NCBI GenBank assembly: GCA_963802945.1
Contig: CAWDKY010000017.1
Span: 320,001 to 384,000, forward strand
DNA length: 64,000 nt
DNA from: an uncultured delta proteobacterium
GTDB taxonomy: Bacteria; Desulfobacterota; RBG-13-43-22
Reading direction: 5' to 3'
Each line of letters starts with the position of its first letter. Position 1 is the stretch's first letter. The position numbers and the translations under genes are program-made. Under the pieces are notes generated by a model, which was not told the origin of the DNA, did no database searches, and was given only the letters and a program-made list of their open reading frames with translations. This document shows, one piece after another, positions 8,942 through 17,783 of the stretch.

Positions 8942-10273
8942 TTAAGGAACCCGTTTAAGCTTTCGCCAGAGGGTGGTGGGATGTAGTCCTAATTCCTTTG
9001 CGGCCAGGGTTCGATTTCCTTGGTATTTTTCCAGAGCCTTTTGAATCAATTCCTGTTCTTGGTCTTTCAGCTTTTTTTCGAATGAGAGGTGGGGATTGCC
9101 ACTTTCCTGGGTGCCTCTTTGGTACTCCGGTGGCAGATGAGAGAGTTGTATGGTTGATCTATGGCAGAGCACAAAGGCATGTTCAATGATATTTTCCAAT
9201 TCCCGGATATTTCCAGGGTACTCATAGTGCATTAAAACCTGGAGAACCTTCGGAGATATCTGAGAAATCTTTTTACCGGTCCGGAGATTAAACTTATTAA
9301 GAAAATGTTCAATCAAAAGGGGAATATCTTCGCGGCGTTCTTTCAGGGGAGGCAAGTCTATCTGGACCACTTTAAGCCGGTAATAAAGGTCATCTCTAAA
9401 CGAACCATCTTTTATTAAGCCCTTAAGATTTTTATTGGTCGCCGAGATCAATCGGGCCTTAACCGGTCTGCTGACATTGGAACCCAAAGGCTCATAAGTT
9501 TTTTCCTGAAGGACCCTTAAAAGCTTGGCTTGTACTATCAGCGGAAGATCACCTATTTCATCCAAAAACAAAGTCCCGGAATCGGCCTGGGCAAACTTTC
9601 CCGGCTTGTCTTTTTTAGCATCGGTAAAAGCCCCGCGAACATAGCCGTAGAGCTCTGATTCCAGCAGGGTCTCCGGCAGGGCACTGCAATTGATGGCCAC
9701 AAAGGGTTTTTCTTTTCTGGGACTTAAATGATGGATGGCTTTGGCTAAAAGCTCCTTGCCGGACCCGCTGGGTCCCTGGATGAGAACGGCGCTGTCACTC
9801 TGGGCGATATCGGGAAGATTGTCGAATATTTTTTGCAGGGTATCACTCTTGCTGATGATGTCGTTCACGGTATACTTTTGGGTGATTTCTTTACGCAGGG
9901 CTTCGATAGCACTCAAATCCCGAAAGGTCTCAACCCCTCCCATCATCCTGCCCTGGCTGTCCTTCAAGACGGCGGTTGTTACGCTGATGGGGATGATCTC
10001 TCCCCGGGCATTTAATATATTGACCGGCAAATCGACCACATTTTTCCCGGTCTTTAAGGTCCTGGCCAAGGCACAAGAATCCTGGCAGATCTCGGCCTGA
10101 AAGATTTCAAAGCATTTCTTGCCGATCGCTTCTTCCCTGGGAAATCCGGTAATGGTTTCTGCCGCCTGATTAAAGGAGGTTATTCCCCGGTCTTTATTTA
10201 TGGTAAAGACCCCCTCAGTGATGCTATCTAAAATGATCTTCAAAAAAGGTGATGGCGGTTTGTTTTTCTCCAT
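8942..10273 (-). CDS. PAS-domain sigma-54-dependent activator (OrpR-like)
   Basis: PAS with CFEIFQAEICQDSC, GPSGSGKE, ESELYGYVRGAFTDA, LFLDEIG, PGNIREL, C-terminal Fis-type HTH. Confidence 0.93.
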   Translation of the reverse strand: MEKNKPPSPFLKIILDSITEGVFTINKDRGITSFNQAAETITGFPREEAIGKKCFEIFQAEICQDSCALARTLKTGKNVVDLPVNILNARGEIIPISVTTAVLKDSQGRMMGGVETFRDLSAIEALRKEITQKYTVNDIISKSDTLQKIFDNLPDIAQSDSAVLIQGPSGSGKELLAKAIHHLSPRKEKPFVAINCSALPETLLESELYGYVRGAFTDAKKDKPGKFAQADSGTLFLDEIGDLPLIVQAKLLRVLQEKTYEPLGSNVSRPVKARLISATNKNLKGLIKDGSFRDDLYYRLKVVQIDLPPLKERREDIPLLIEHFLNKFNLRTGKKISQISPKVLQVLMHYEYPGNIRELENIIEHAFVLCHRSTIQLSHLPPEYQRGTQESGNPHLSFEKKLKDQEQELIQKALEKYQGNRTLAAKELGLHPTTLWRKLKRVP

Positions 10274-10422
10274 GGGCCTATTCTCCCAACATTCTTACCC
10301 CTTGTTGGACGTTATATTACCCAAATTAATCCGTTGTCCACCCAAATTATGTTCTTTATGGATTTCGACCGATTTCCACTAAGGTTGAAAATATAGATTT
10401 TTTGTTTAACCTTAATATAAAT

Positions 10423-10653
10423 TCAACCGCTACAGCAACTGCCTGGACTGCTACATGAATTGGGTGCACCACAACAACCCCCAGGGCTATTGTTAAAAAT
10501 TTTACTATCTGAGCGGAGTGTATTGTGGGCGGACAGCAATTTCCCCAGATCGTTGCTGCCGCAGGATTTGCATAATATTTTTTCGTTTTTATCCATGATC
10601 AGGAATTCATTTATTACCCCACAGTGATTACATTTGTATTCGTAAATCGGCAT
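10423..10653 (-). CDS. FmdB-family zinc-ribbon protein
   Basis: MPIYEYKCNHCG..CKSCGS..Cys-rich tail. Confidence 0.85.
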   Translation of the reverse strand: MPIYEYKCNHCGVINEFLIMDKNEKILCKSCGSNDLGKLLSAHNTLRSDSKIFNNSPGGCCGAPNSCSSPGSCCSG

Positions 10654-10685
10654 TTCCTATCCCTCCTCGTAATAAGATTCTACTC

Positions 10686-10790
10686 TTAAATATTGATCCA
10701 CGGGAGATGGGCGAATAGGATGCCTCTTGGTTTGAAATACTGGCTTCCAGGAAGACACCCCACTCTCCTACAATTTCTCAGTCAAACCAT
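10686..10790 (-). pseudogene. N-terminal remnant of a DUF134 (UPF0251) putative DNA-binding protein
   Basis: Translation MV*LRNCRRVGCLPGSQYFKPRGILF resembles the DUF134 start MxRPRxCRRV...YFKPRGIP; stop at codon 3 and truncated. Confidence 0.7.
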
Positions 10791-10805
10791 AATGGATCCC
10801 TCTTC

Positions 10806-10859
10806 TAAAACTAATTAGAAGCATATGCTCATAATTTGTCAAGCCAAAAAATGGTGATC
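10806..10859. repeat. 54-bp direct repeat, copy 1 (minus-strand promoter TTGACA-17-TCTAAT with palindromic operator)
   Basis: taaaactaattagaagcatatgctcataatttgtcaagccaaaaaatggtgatc matches 16346-16399 with 2 mismatches. Confidence 0.9.
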
Positions 10860-11096
10860 GTTAACTCACGTACAAGAATACAATATGATGGTTGGGATCA
10901 GAAGAGCTATTAAGGAGTCCGCTTGTTTTAGGCTCTTAGGGCCGATACTAAAGATGATCAGATTGTAATCTTCAGTTAAAAACGGGGTGCTGAATTTGGC
11001 GACTTTAGAAAGAAGTCAAAGGCCGCTCTACGATCAGATGAGACGGCTTGAAAGTATTTCCATAGATGGTAAGGGAAAGAGCATCCTCTTTTCTTT

Positions 11097-11125
11097 TTGA
11101 CGAAGCCTCCGAAAGACGTTACTAT
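11097..11125 (+). promoter_or_regulatory. Putative sigma-70 promoter for the CoA-disulfide reductase gene
   Basis: TTGACG-17nt-TACTAT. Confidence 0.5.
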
Positions 11126-11174
11126 AGAAAACGTTGATGTTCTTTTGATAATAAACAGCCAGGAGGAATATCCT

Positions 11175-12833
11175 ATGACCGTAAAGTTATTGATAATCGG
11201 TGGTGTCGCGGGCGGGGCAACTGCTGCCGCCAGGGCCCGCAGGCTTGATGAATTTACTGAGATTATTCTCTTCGAAAGGGGGGAATACATATCCTTTGCC
11301 AACTGCGGCCTGCCCTATTACATAGGGAACGTAATAAAAAATCGGGACGATCTGCTGGTGACAACAGCGGAGGCATTCAAGGCCAGGTATAATATAGATA
11401 TAAGGATTTTCACAGAAGTGATAGGGATAGACAGGCTTCATAAACGGGTCAAGGTTAAAGATGTCATGACAGGAAGGGTATATGAAGAGACCTATGACAA
11501 AATTATACTTTCTCCAGGCGCTGAGCCTGTAAAACCCCCTATCAAAGGCATTGATCTGGAAAATATCTTCTCCCTGCGCAATATCCCTGACTCGGATCGG
11601 ATCAAGGCCCGTGTAGACGCCGACAGGCCTAATTCGGCGGTGATCGTCGGAGGCGGATTTATAGGACTTGAGATGGCAGAGAACCTTGTAATCCGGGGTG
11701 TAAAGACAACCATTGTTGAGATGCTTGACCAGTTAATGGCACCTCTTGATTATGAGATGTCGGTGATGGTTAGGGACCATCTGGAACAAAAGGGAGTCTC
11801 ATGTTATCTGGAGGAGGGGGTTGCGGGTTTTTCAGAAAAGGAAGGGCTTATCATTGTCCATACGGAAAAAAACAGGAATATAGAATGTGACCTGGTTATC
11901 CTGTCCATTGGGGTAAGGCCCGAGAACAGACTTGCCAGGGATGCCGGTCTGGCCATAGGAAACAGGGGAGGGATAAAGGTAAATGCGGCCATGAGGACAT
12001 CTGATTCGGATATATATGCCGTGGGGGATGCCGTGGAGATAAAAGACTTCATCTCAGGACTGCCGACCATGACGGCCCTTGCAGGCCCGGCTAATAAGCA
12101 GGGACGCATCGCGGCTGATAACGCCCTGGGAGGCAAATCCGTGTTTAAGGGGACCATAGGGACAGCGGTGGTAAAACTCTTTGACCTTACCGTTGCCTCT
12201 ACTGGGGCGAGCGAGAAGTCCCTGAGGCAAAACAATATCCCTTGTATGGTAAGCTATACCCACTCCAATTCCCACGCCTCCTATTATCCCGACGCTCAGA
12301 TGATGGCGATAAAGTTGATTTTTTCGCCATCAAACGGAAGGATTTTAGGGGCTCAAATCATCGGGATGGAGGGCGTGGACAAACGTATCGATGTATTAGC
12401 CACAGCCATAAGGGGCTCCATGACTGTTTTTGATCTGGAGGAACTTGAACTGGCCTATGCACCACCCTATTCATCGGCAAAGGACCCTGTTAATATAGCA
12501 GGATTTACGGCATCGAACCTTTTAAAGGGGGATGTGAGAAATATTTACTGGAGCGATATTCAAGGTCTTGACCCTGAAAAAGATGTCCTTATTGATCTGC
12601 GCGATAAAGTAGAACTGAATGACTCCGGAACTATCGAAGGATCGCTGAATATACCTTTAAATGAACTGCGCAAAAGGCTGCCTGAACTTGATAAAGAGAA
12701 GAACTATATTCTTTTTTGCGCTGTCGGCCTGAGGGGATACCTTGGCCACCGTATCCTTGACCAGAACGGATTCAAATCCAGAAACCTGAGCGGGGGATAT
12801 AAGACCTATATGATGGGCAGGGAAAAGATATGA
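11175..12833 (+). CDS. CoA-disulfide / persulfide reductase with C-terminal rhodanese domain (CoADR-RHD/Npsr-like)
   Basis: IIGGVAGGA, SFANCGLPY redox Cys, GGGFIGLE, YAVGD, LAYAPPY, rhodanese CAVGLRG; start MTVKLL after AGGAGG. Confidence 0.93.
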   Translation: MTVKLLIIGGVAGGATAAARARRLDEFTEIILFERGEYISFANCGLPYYIGNVIKNRDDLLVTTAEAFKARYNIDIRIFTEVIGIDRLHKRVKVKDVMTGRVYEETYDKIILSPGAEPVKPPIKGIDLENIFSLRNIPDSDRIKARVDADRPNSAVIVGGGFIGLEMAENLVIRGVKTTIVEMLDQLMAPLDYEMSVMVRDHLEQKGVSCYLEEGVAGFSEKEGLIIVHTEKNRNIECDLVILSIGVRPENRLARDAGLAIGNRGGIKVNAAMRTSDSDIYAVGDAVEIKDFISGLPTMTALAGPANKQGRIAADNALGGKSVFKGTIGTAVVKLFDLTVASTGASEKSLRQNNIPCMVSYTHSNSHASYYPDAQMMAIKLIFSPSNGRILGAQIIGMEGVDKRIDVLATAIRGSMTVFDLEELELAYAPPYSSAKDPVNIAGFTASNLLKGDVRNIYWSDIQGLDPEKDVLIDLRDKVELNDSGTIEGSLNIPLNELRKRLPELDKEKNYILFCAVGLRGYLGHRILDQNGFKSRNLSGGYKTYMMGREKI

Positions 12834-12954
12834 CAAAAGGATGTAGGAATGTCCTACGGCCGGGGATTAGGGAAGAGACAATCTGTTCAAAGATAAACGG
12901 CAAGAGTATAGAAGAAGGGAAAATTTATCCCTCACCCGGAGGGTCTTTATCAGG

Positions 12955-13218
12955 TCAGACCTTGGGGTTGGCGCCTTCTGGAAGTAAAGGAGGCAGCAAG
13001 AAAGAGTCAGGATTATGGGGCTTGGCTTCTGGGGTGACCATTGGAGAAACGGATGTGTCCGGACCTGAAGAATTTTTTTCCTCTTGAGAACACTCCTGCT
13101 GGGGATTAACCGGAACGGGGGTGGGATCTTTCTTGTCCAGGGCAAAAGAAAAAGACCCTAATAGAAAAAAAACAATAAAAGCCAGGGGCAGTTTCTTTAA
13201 TTGGTTTAAATTGGTCAT
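12955..13218 (-). CDS. Small hypothetical exported Pro-rich protein
   Basis: Signal-peptide-like KKLPLAFIVFFLLGSFSFA, RBS AAGGAAGG. Confidence 0.55.
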   Translation of the reverse strand: MTNLNQLKKLPLAFIVFFLLGSFSFALDKKDPTPVPVNPQQECSQEEKNSSGPDTSVSPMVTPEAKPHNPDSFLLPPLLPEGANPKV

Positions 13219-13456
13219 GGCCTTCCTTTCTCTAACTGTTTTCTGCCCAGGGAAGAAGATTTTCTAGTTAGGTACTATACCGGGCAGCCTCCAATAATTC
13301 AATCATTCTTTTTTCCAGCATAATTCGGCGTGGAAAGTGGGCCACAGTGTAATATCTTTCTTCCCTAAAGATGATGGTCATGTAACAAATTAAAAATTGC
13401 TTATTTCTGCCATCCCCGTGAAAAGCGGTTCAGTAGGTTGACACTTCAGAAACGAT

Positions 13457-13495
13457 TAAGGCACCTTCTCAGAACGGGAAAGTGCCTTATTTTTT
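13457..13495. terminator. Possible terminator hairpin downstream of the rhodanese gene
   Basis: TAAGGCAC...GTGCCTTA inverted repeat; the T-run is on the plus strand only. Confidence 0.35.
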
Positions 13496-13509
13496 CAAAT
13501 ATTGAGATA

Positions 13510-14403
13510 TTACGGCTCGACGGGTGCCTTGGGGTCTTTCATCCACTCCTCTGTTGATCCATCATATGTTTTTACGTTTTTATAACCCAGAAGATCGGTC
13601 ATGATAAAGGACCAGGCCGTGGAAACCTTGCCCGTATCGCAATAGAGGATGACCTCTTTGTTCGTGTCCGCTCCAATGACTGCTGTCACAAGGGCAGCGA
13701 GGTCCGCTTTGCTTTTAAATAGCCCTTCTTTTGTGTAGGCTTGTGAAGTCGGGAAATTGACCGCTCCTTTGATTCTCCCCGGTTTGGCGACGAAATCCAT
13801 TTTCTTTATTCCCTGGTAGAAATCAAGCTCTCTGACATCAACGATCATAACCTTACCGATGGCATTCATAACATAGTCTTTATTGGCGAGCATAACTTCC
13901 TTGGCCTTGACTTGATACTTAGTCGGTTTGGATTTTACTAGGTCTGTGGAAAGGGTCTTTTTATCAGCTGCCCACTTGTCGAAACCTCCATCCAGGATAG
14001 CCACATCCCCGATACCTGCGTATTTGAGAGTCCAGGCAACCCGAGAGATATCGGTGCGGTTCGGGATCGTATCGGCTTTTCCAACGATAACGACCAGCGA
14101 TTCGGGACCAATACCGGCGGCGCTGATAACATCAGAGAGGTCGTCCAAAGGGGGGATCTCGTTTCTCAAACCGCCTTTCATAATAGCCCAGGAACCATAG
14201 ATGACATTGAGCGCCTTGGGGATATGCCCAGTCTTATAATCTTCGACCTTCCTGATGTCGACGATGATAAGTTTCGGGTTATTGATATTTTTTTCCAGCC
14301 AATCGGTGGATACAATGGGTTCGATATCTCTCGCCATGGAGGCGAAAGGAATGATGAGCCCAAGAAGAACTAAAACGAGGCTAAGCCTAAGTGATCTTTT
14401 CAT
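13510..14403 (-). CDS. Exported tandem-domain rhodanese / sulfurtransferase
   Basis: Signal peptide, IVSTDWL, GHIPKA, LDGG, GRIKGA, catalytic YCDTGKVST, YDGSTEEW; start overlaps the cytochrome stop (TAATG). Confidence 0.92.
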   Translation of the reverse strand: MKRSLRLSLVLVLLGLIIPFASMARDIEPIVSTDWLEKNINNPKLIIVDIRKVEDYKTGHIPKALNVIYGSWAIMKGGLRNEIPPLDDLSDVISAAGIGPESLVVIVGKADTIPNRTDISRVAWTLKYAGIGDVAILDGGFDKWAADKKTLSTDLVKSKPTKYQVKAKEVMLANKDYVMNAIGKVMIVDVRELDFYQGIKKMDFVAKPGRIKGAVNFPTSQAYTKEGLFKSKADLAALVTAVIGADTNKEVILYCDTGKVSTAWSFIMTDLLGYKNVKTYDGSTEEWMKDPKAPVEP

Positions 14404-15677
14404 TATTTTTCTCCTTTTATTGGTTTTGGTTTATAAAGTAAACATTCGTTTGCTTTGGAACCGTTCTTGATCAGAGCTTCTTTTGTCAGGAAACCTTTAT
14501 TCTCGACATGGCAGATCTCGCAGGAACGGGTCCGGTCGGTTCTCTTTTTAATGTTGTGTGCTGTTGTGTCCCAGTAGTTGGGGAGCGTGTCGTAACGGTT
14601 CATTTTAATCCCGGCGCTTTTAAAGGTGTCCCGGACTGTAGGGGTAAGCCGCAGGGTCGTTATAGTTTTTTTGTCTTTGGAGCTTAAACCGAGAAAGAAG
14701 TCCGGTTTGGATGTGGCCCCTTTTCCCAGGTGACAGCTGTAGCAATTTCTGTAAGCTCCTCCGGAGTGGCAGGCATAGCAGCTTACCCTGTCCTTGTGTT
14801 GGGCGTGGGAGGTCTTGGCCTTTTCCGTCTTTTCATCTCCCGCCTTATGACAGTTGATGCAGGCCGGCTTTTCCTTCACTTCCTTTTTTGTTTTGTAGGC
14901 CGTTGAGGTGCCATGAAATTCCGCCTTCTTATGGCAATCCAGGCAGGTCATTCCCTTTTGATAATGAATATCGGCCGCGCCGCCATACTCGCCTGTGAAT
15001 TCCGGGTACACCCGGCCTCCATGGCATACGGCACAGGTCTTTCCGTCATCCCTGGCGACGAACTTGTGATTCTGAATAAAACCTGTGCTGATCCCGCTTA
15101 CCTTGGGGGATTTTACATGGCAGTCGCCGCAGGAGGCATGACAGCTCCTGCAGGATTGCTGGAATACCTTTTTGTCGAATATCCCCAGATCTTTTTTTGA
15201 GAACCTTCCTGAAACTCCATGGCGAAAGCCGGCAGTGGTGAAATGAAGGGAGTTTTTATAGGTCTGGGGTGCATCTTCATGGCATTGGCCGCAAAGCTTA
15301 TGATCTGCTGAAGGTTTTTTCACCACCCCGATATGGGCCTTGGACTTATCCTCGGCCTTATCATTCCCCTTGTGACAGAAAACGCACCCTCCGACTAAAT
15401 GGGGTTCGGTTTTGATCAGCTTTTCATCAACAAGGAACGCTTTATATTGCAGTTCCGCCGGGACCGACGGAGGGGCACCTGCTCACCCTTCCCCGGCTTC
15501 GATGGCTACCTTAACGGGTTTGTGGAGCGTCTGGAGCAGCTTTTCACTCGTGTGGCATTTCACGCAACTGCTTTCGCCGGCGTAGGTCAAGTAAAAAGAT
15601 AAGGAAAGAGAGGCAACCAGAAAACCAACAATGGTCCATACTATCTTGGTTTTTCTTTTTACCTGAACAGATTTCAT
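14403..15677 (-). CDS. Exported 11-heme c-type cytochrome, predicted selenoprotein (Sec at TGA 15485-15483)
   Basis: ORFs 15483-15692 and 14403-15326 are in the same frame; after TGA the frame stays open (AGAPPSVPAELQYKAFLVDEKLIKTEPHLVGGCVFCHKG...) and carries an extra CxxCH; 11 CxxCH in total; SECIS-like hairpin. Confidence 0.85.
15449..15482 (-). other. Putative bacterial SECIS element
   Basis: UGA-GCAG-GUGCCCC-UCCGUCG-[GUCC]-CGGCGGA-A-CUGC: 7-bp upper stem, G-first apical loop 18 nt after UGA, GCAG/CUGC lower stem. Confidence 0.75.
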
Positions 15678-15753
15678 GAAACCCTCGGTCAATAGACAAT
15701 AGAACGCAACCTTTATTATACAGCATTAAAAAGGCAGGTCATCAAACTCTATA

Positions 15754-16116
15754 TTATCCTTCATGGCATCCGTGCTCATGTTGACTGCAGGCAATTCCGG
15801 AATCGCTCAATTTGCCTGTGAGCCAACTTTCGGCAACATTTTTTACATTGCCGGAACATCCTCGCAAAACCTGGATGCCGTGGCTGGTTAAAACATTTAC
15901 TGCTCCTTGTCCCATATTGCCGGCCAGCATATATTTTACACCCATTTGTGCCAATATTTGAGCAATATCTGATTTACAGCCACAACCAGCCGGAGGTGTA
16001 ATCCTTTCCTCTGAAAGTATTTTGTTTTTGTCACCAATAGTGAAAACCGTGAAGCATTCGCAATGCCCAAAGTGTTCATCCACCTGATCCTGACATGAAG
16101 GTAATGCTATTTTCAT
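15754..16116 (-). CDS. NifB/NifX-family protein
   Basis: MKIALP..VDEHFGHCECF..GCGCKS..LAGNMGQGA. Confidence 0.9.
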   Translation of the reverse strand: MKIALPSCQDQVDEHFGHCECFTVFTIGDKNKILSEERITPPAGCGCKSDIAQILAQMGVKYMLAGNMGQGAVNVLTSHGIQVLRGCSGNVKNVAESWLTGKLSDSGIACSQHEHGCHEG

Positions 16117-16145
16117 GACGTACTCCTTTTTTTAATGAATTTTTT

Positions 16146-16340
16146 TTACGTCCGCCTTTTACAATGCGGGCATATGGTCGTATCCTGCGCTTCGCAGAAA
16201 ACATTAAATATTTTACGGCATTGTTGACACTTCAATTGTTTGGTTTCTTTGATTGAAATCTCTCCACCTTCTATTTTTAGTGCCTTCCCATTAACGAGAA
16301 CGTCAGCGATTTTTTTATTCGCCGATTTAATAATCCTTCC
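16146..16340 (-). pseudogene. C-terminal remnant of a DUF134 protein, no start codon or RBS
   Basis: GRIIKSANKKIADVLVNGKALKIEGG followed by CQQC..CPHC; begins immediately after the promoter repeat. Confidence 0.72.
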
Positions 16341-16345
16341 AATTT

Positions 16346-16399
16346 TAAAACTAATTATAAGCATATGCTCATAATTTGTCAAGCAAAAAAATGGTGATC
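16346..16399. repeat. 54-bp direct repeat, copy 2 (minus-strand consensus promoter TTGACA-17-TATAAT at 16382-16354 with palindrome TTATGAGCATATGCTTATAA)
   Basis: Near-identical to 10806-10859. Confidence 0.9.
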
Positions 16400-16419
16400 A
16401 TTGCTGGGCCAAAAATAGC

Positions 16420-16460
16420 TTGACATTGCCAAATAATGAATATATGATTATATAATCATA
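16420..16460 (+). promoter_or_regulatory. ars promoter with palindromic operator
   Basis: TTGACA-17-TATGAT; perfect 18-bp palindrome TATGATTATATAATCATA overlapping the -10. Confidence 0.75.
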
Positions 16461-16479
16461 ATTGCATGGAGGAAAATAT

Positions 16480-16797
16480 ATGGAGGATAGAATCATTGCC
16501 TTGGAGGCAGAAATTTTAAAGGCCCTGGCCCAGCCCACTCGATTGAAAATCCTCGAATGCTTACGTGAAGGGGAGCGGTGCATCTGCGAGATCGTGCCGG
16601 TTATTAACGGCGAGCAATCCAACATCTCCAGACATATTTCCCTGATGCAGAAAACCCGATTAATTTCTTCACGCAAGGACGGAGTGAAGGTCATGTTGAA
16701 GATTCAAGATCCGCAGATTTTCGACCTCCTGGATCGGGTAAATAAAATTTTGAAGAGGCAGATGCAAGAACAAAATAAATTAATGGCGAAATTGTAA
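16480..16797 (+). CDS. arsR: ArsR/SmtB-family repressor
   Basis: LKALAQPTRLKILECL.EGERCICEI..QSNISRH; RBS GGAGG before MEDRII. Confidence 0.88.
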   Translation: MEDRIIALEAEILKALAQPTRLKILECLREGERCICEIVPVINGEQSNISRHISLMQKTRLISSRKDGVKVMLKIQDPQIFDLLDRVNKILKRQMQEQNKLMAKL

Positions 16798-16818
16798 TCT
16801 GCCGACAAGGAATGATTT

Positions 16819-17766
16819 ATGATTAAATATTTGGCCGACTTATTGGTTTATCAGTGGATAGGAATTCAGTCTGGGACCAGGTTGGGAGAATCTTTAGACT
16901 TTTTCTTCTATGATACTATAAAAGTTTTTTTGCTCCTCATAGTAATTATTTTTGTAGTGGCGATCATACGGAGTTTCTTTCCCCCTGAGCGCTCACGTAA
17001 ACTGCTTGGTCATCGAAGGGAGTATGTAGGAAACTTTCTGGCAGCTTTATTGGGCATCGTTACGCCCTTTTGCTCCTGCTCCGCCGTACCGATGTTTATC
17101 GGCTTCATCGAATCGGGTCTGCCTTTAGGCATAACTTTCTCTTTTCTTATTTCCTCACCGACTGTAAATGAAGTGGCTCTGGTCATGCTCTGGGGCTTGT
17201 TTGGATGGAAGATTGCCCTTCTCTATACCGCTACAGGGGTTGTTATGGCCTTTTTTGCCGGTATCGTTATCGGAAAATTGAAATTAGAGCATCTGGTTGA
17301 AGAATATGTTTACCGGATCAAGATGGGTGAAGCGGAAATGTCCGTTCCTACCTGGAAAGAAAGGCTGGAATACGCTCGTGACTATACGAAAGATATACTC
17401 AGACGGGTATGGTTGTTCGTTCTTATCGGCATTGGATTAGGGGCCTGGATTCATGGTTATGTTCCTATGGATTTTATTATAAAATACGCAGGGCCCGGCA
17501 ACCCATTTGCCGTGTTTGTGGCGGTTCTTATCGGCATTCCCTTATACTCTAACGCCGCTGGGACAATCCCTATCGTTCAAGCCCTGGTAGAAAAAGGACT
17601 TCCTATGGGCACGGCGCTGGCTTTTATGATGTCCTTTGTGGCCATATCGACGCCCGAGTTGATTATCCTGCGCAAGGTTATTAAACCGAAGTTGATTGCT
17701 ATTTTCGTCGGGATTGTCTCTGTGGCGATTATCATCATCGGCTATCTGTTCAATGCCGTTTTATAA
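16819..17766 (+). CDS. DUF318 / ArsP-family permease
   Basis: FFFYDTIK, TPFCSCSAVP, FLISSP, GIPLYSNAAG. Confidence 0.88.
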   Translation: MIKYLADLLVYQWIGIQSGTRLGESLDFFFYDTIKVFLLLIVIIFVVAIIRSFFPPERSRKLLGHRREYVGNFLAALLGIVTPFCSCSAVPMFIGFIESGLPLGITFSFLISSPTVNEVALVMLWGLFGWKIALLYTATGVVMAFFAGIVIGKLKLEHLVEEYVYRIKMGEAEMSVPTWKERLEYARDYTKDILRRVWLFVLIGIGLGAWIHGYVPMDFIIKYAGPGNPFAVFVAVLIGIPLYSNAAGTIPIVQALVEKGLPMGTALAFMMSFVAISTPELIILRKVIKPKLIAIFVGIVSVAIIIIGYLFNAVL

Positions 17767-17783
17767 AGAGGAGGTAAAGAGTC

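Noticed and set aside
10782-10784. TGA at codon 3 of the DUF134 remnant as a second selenocysteine
   Set aside because: It corresponds to Arg (CGA>TGA) in the family pattern, no clear SECIS was seen, and the frame ends about 30 codons later
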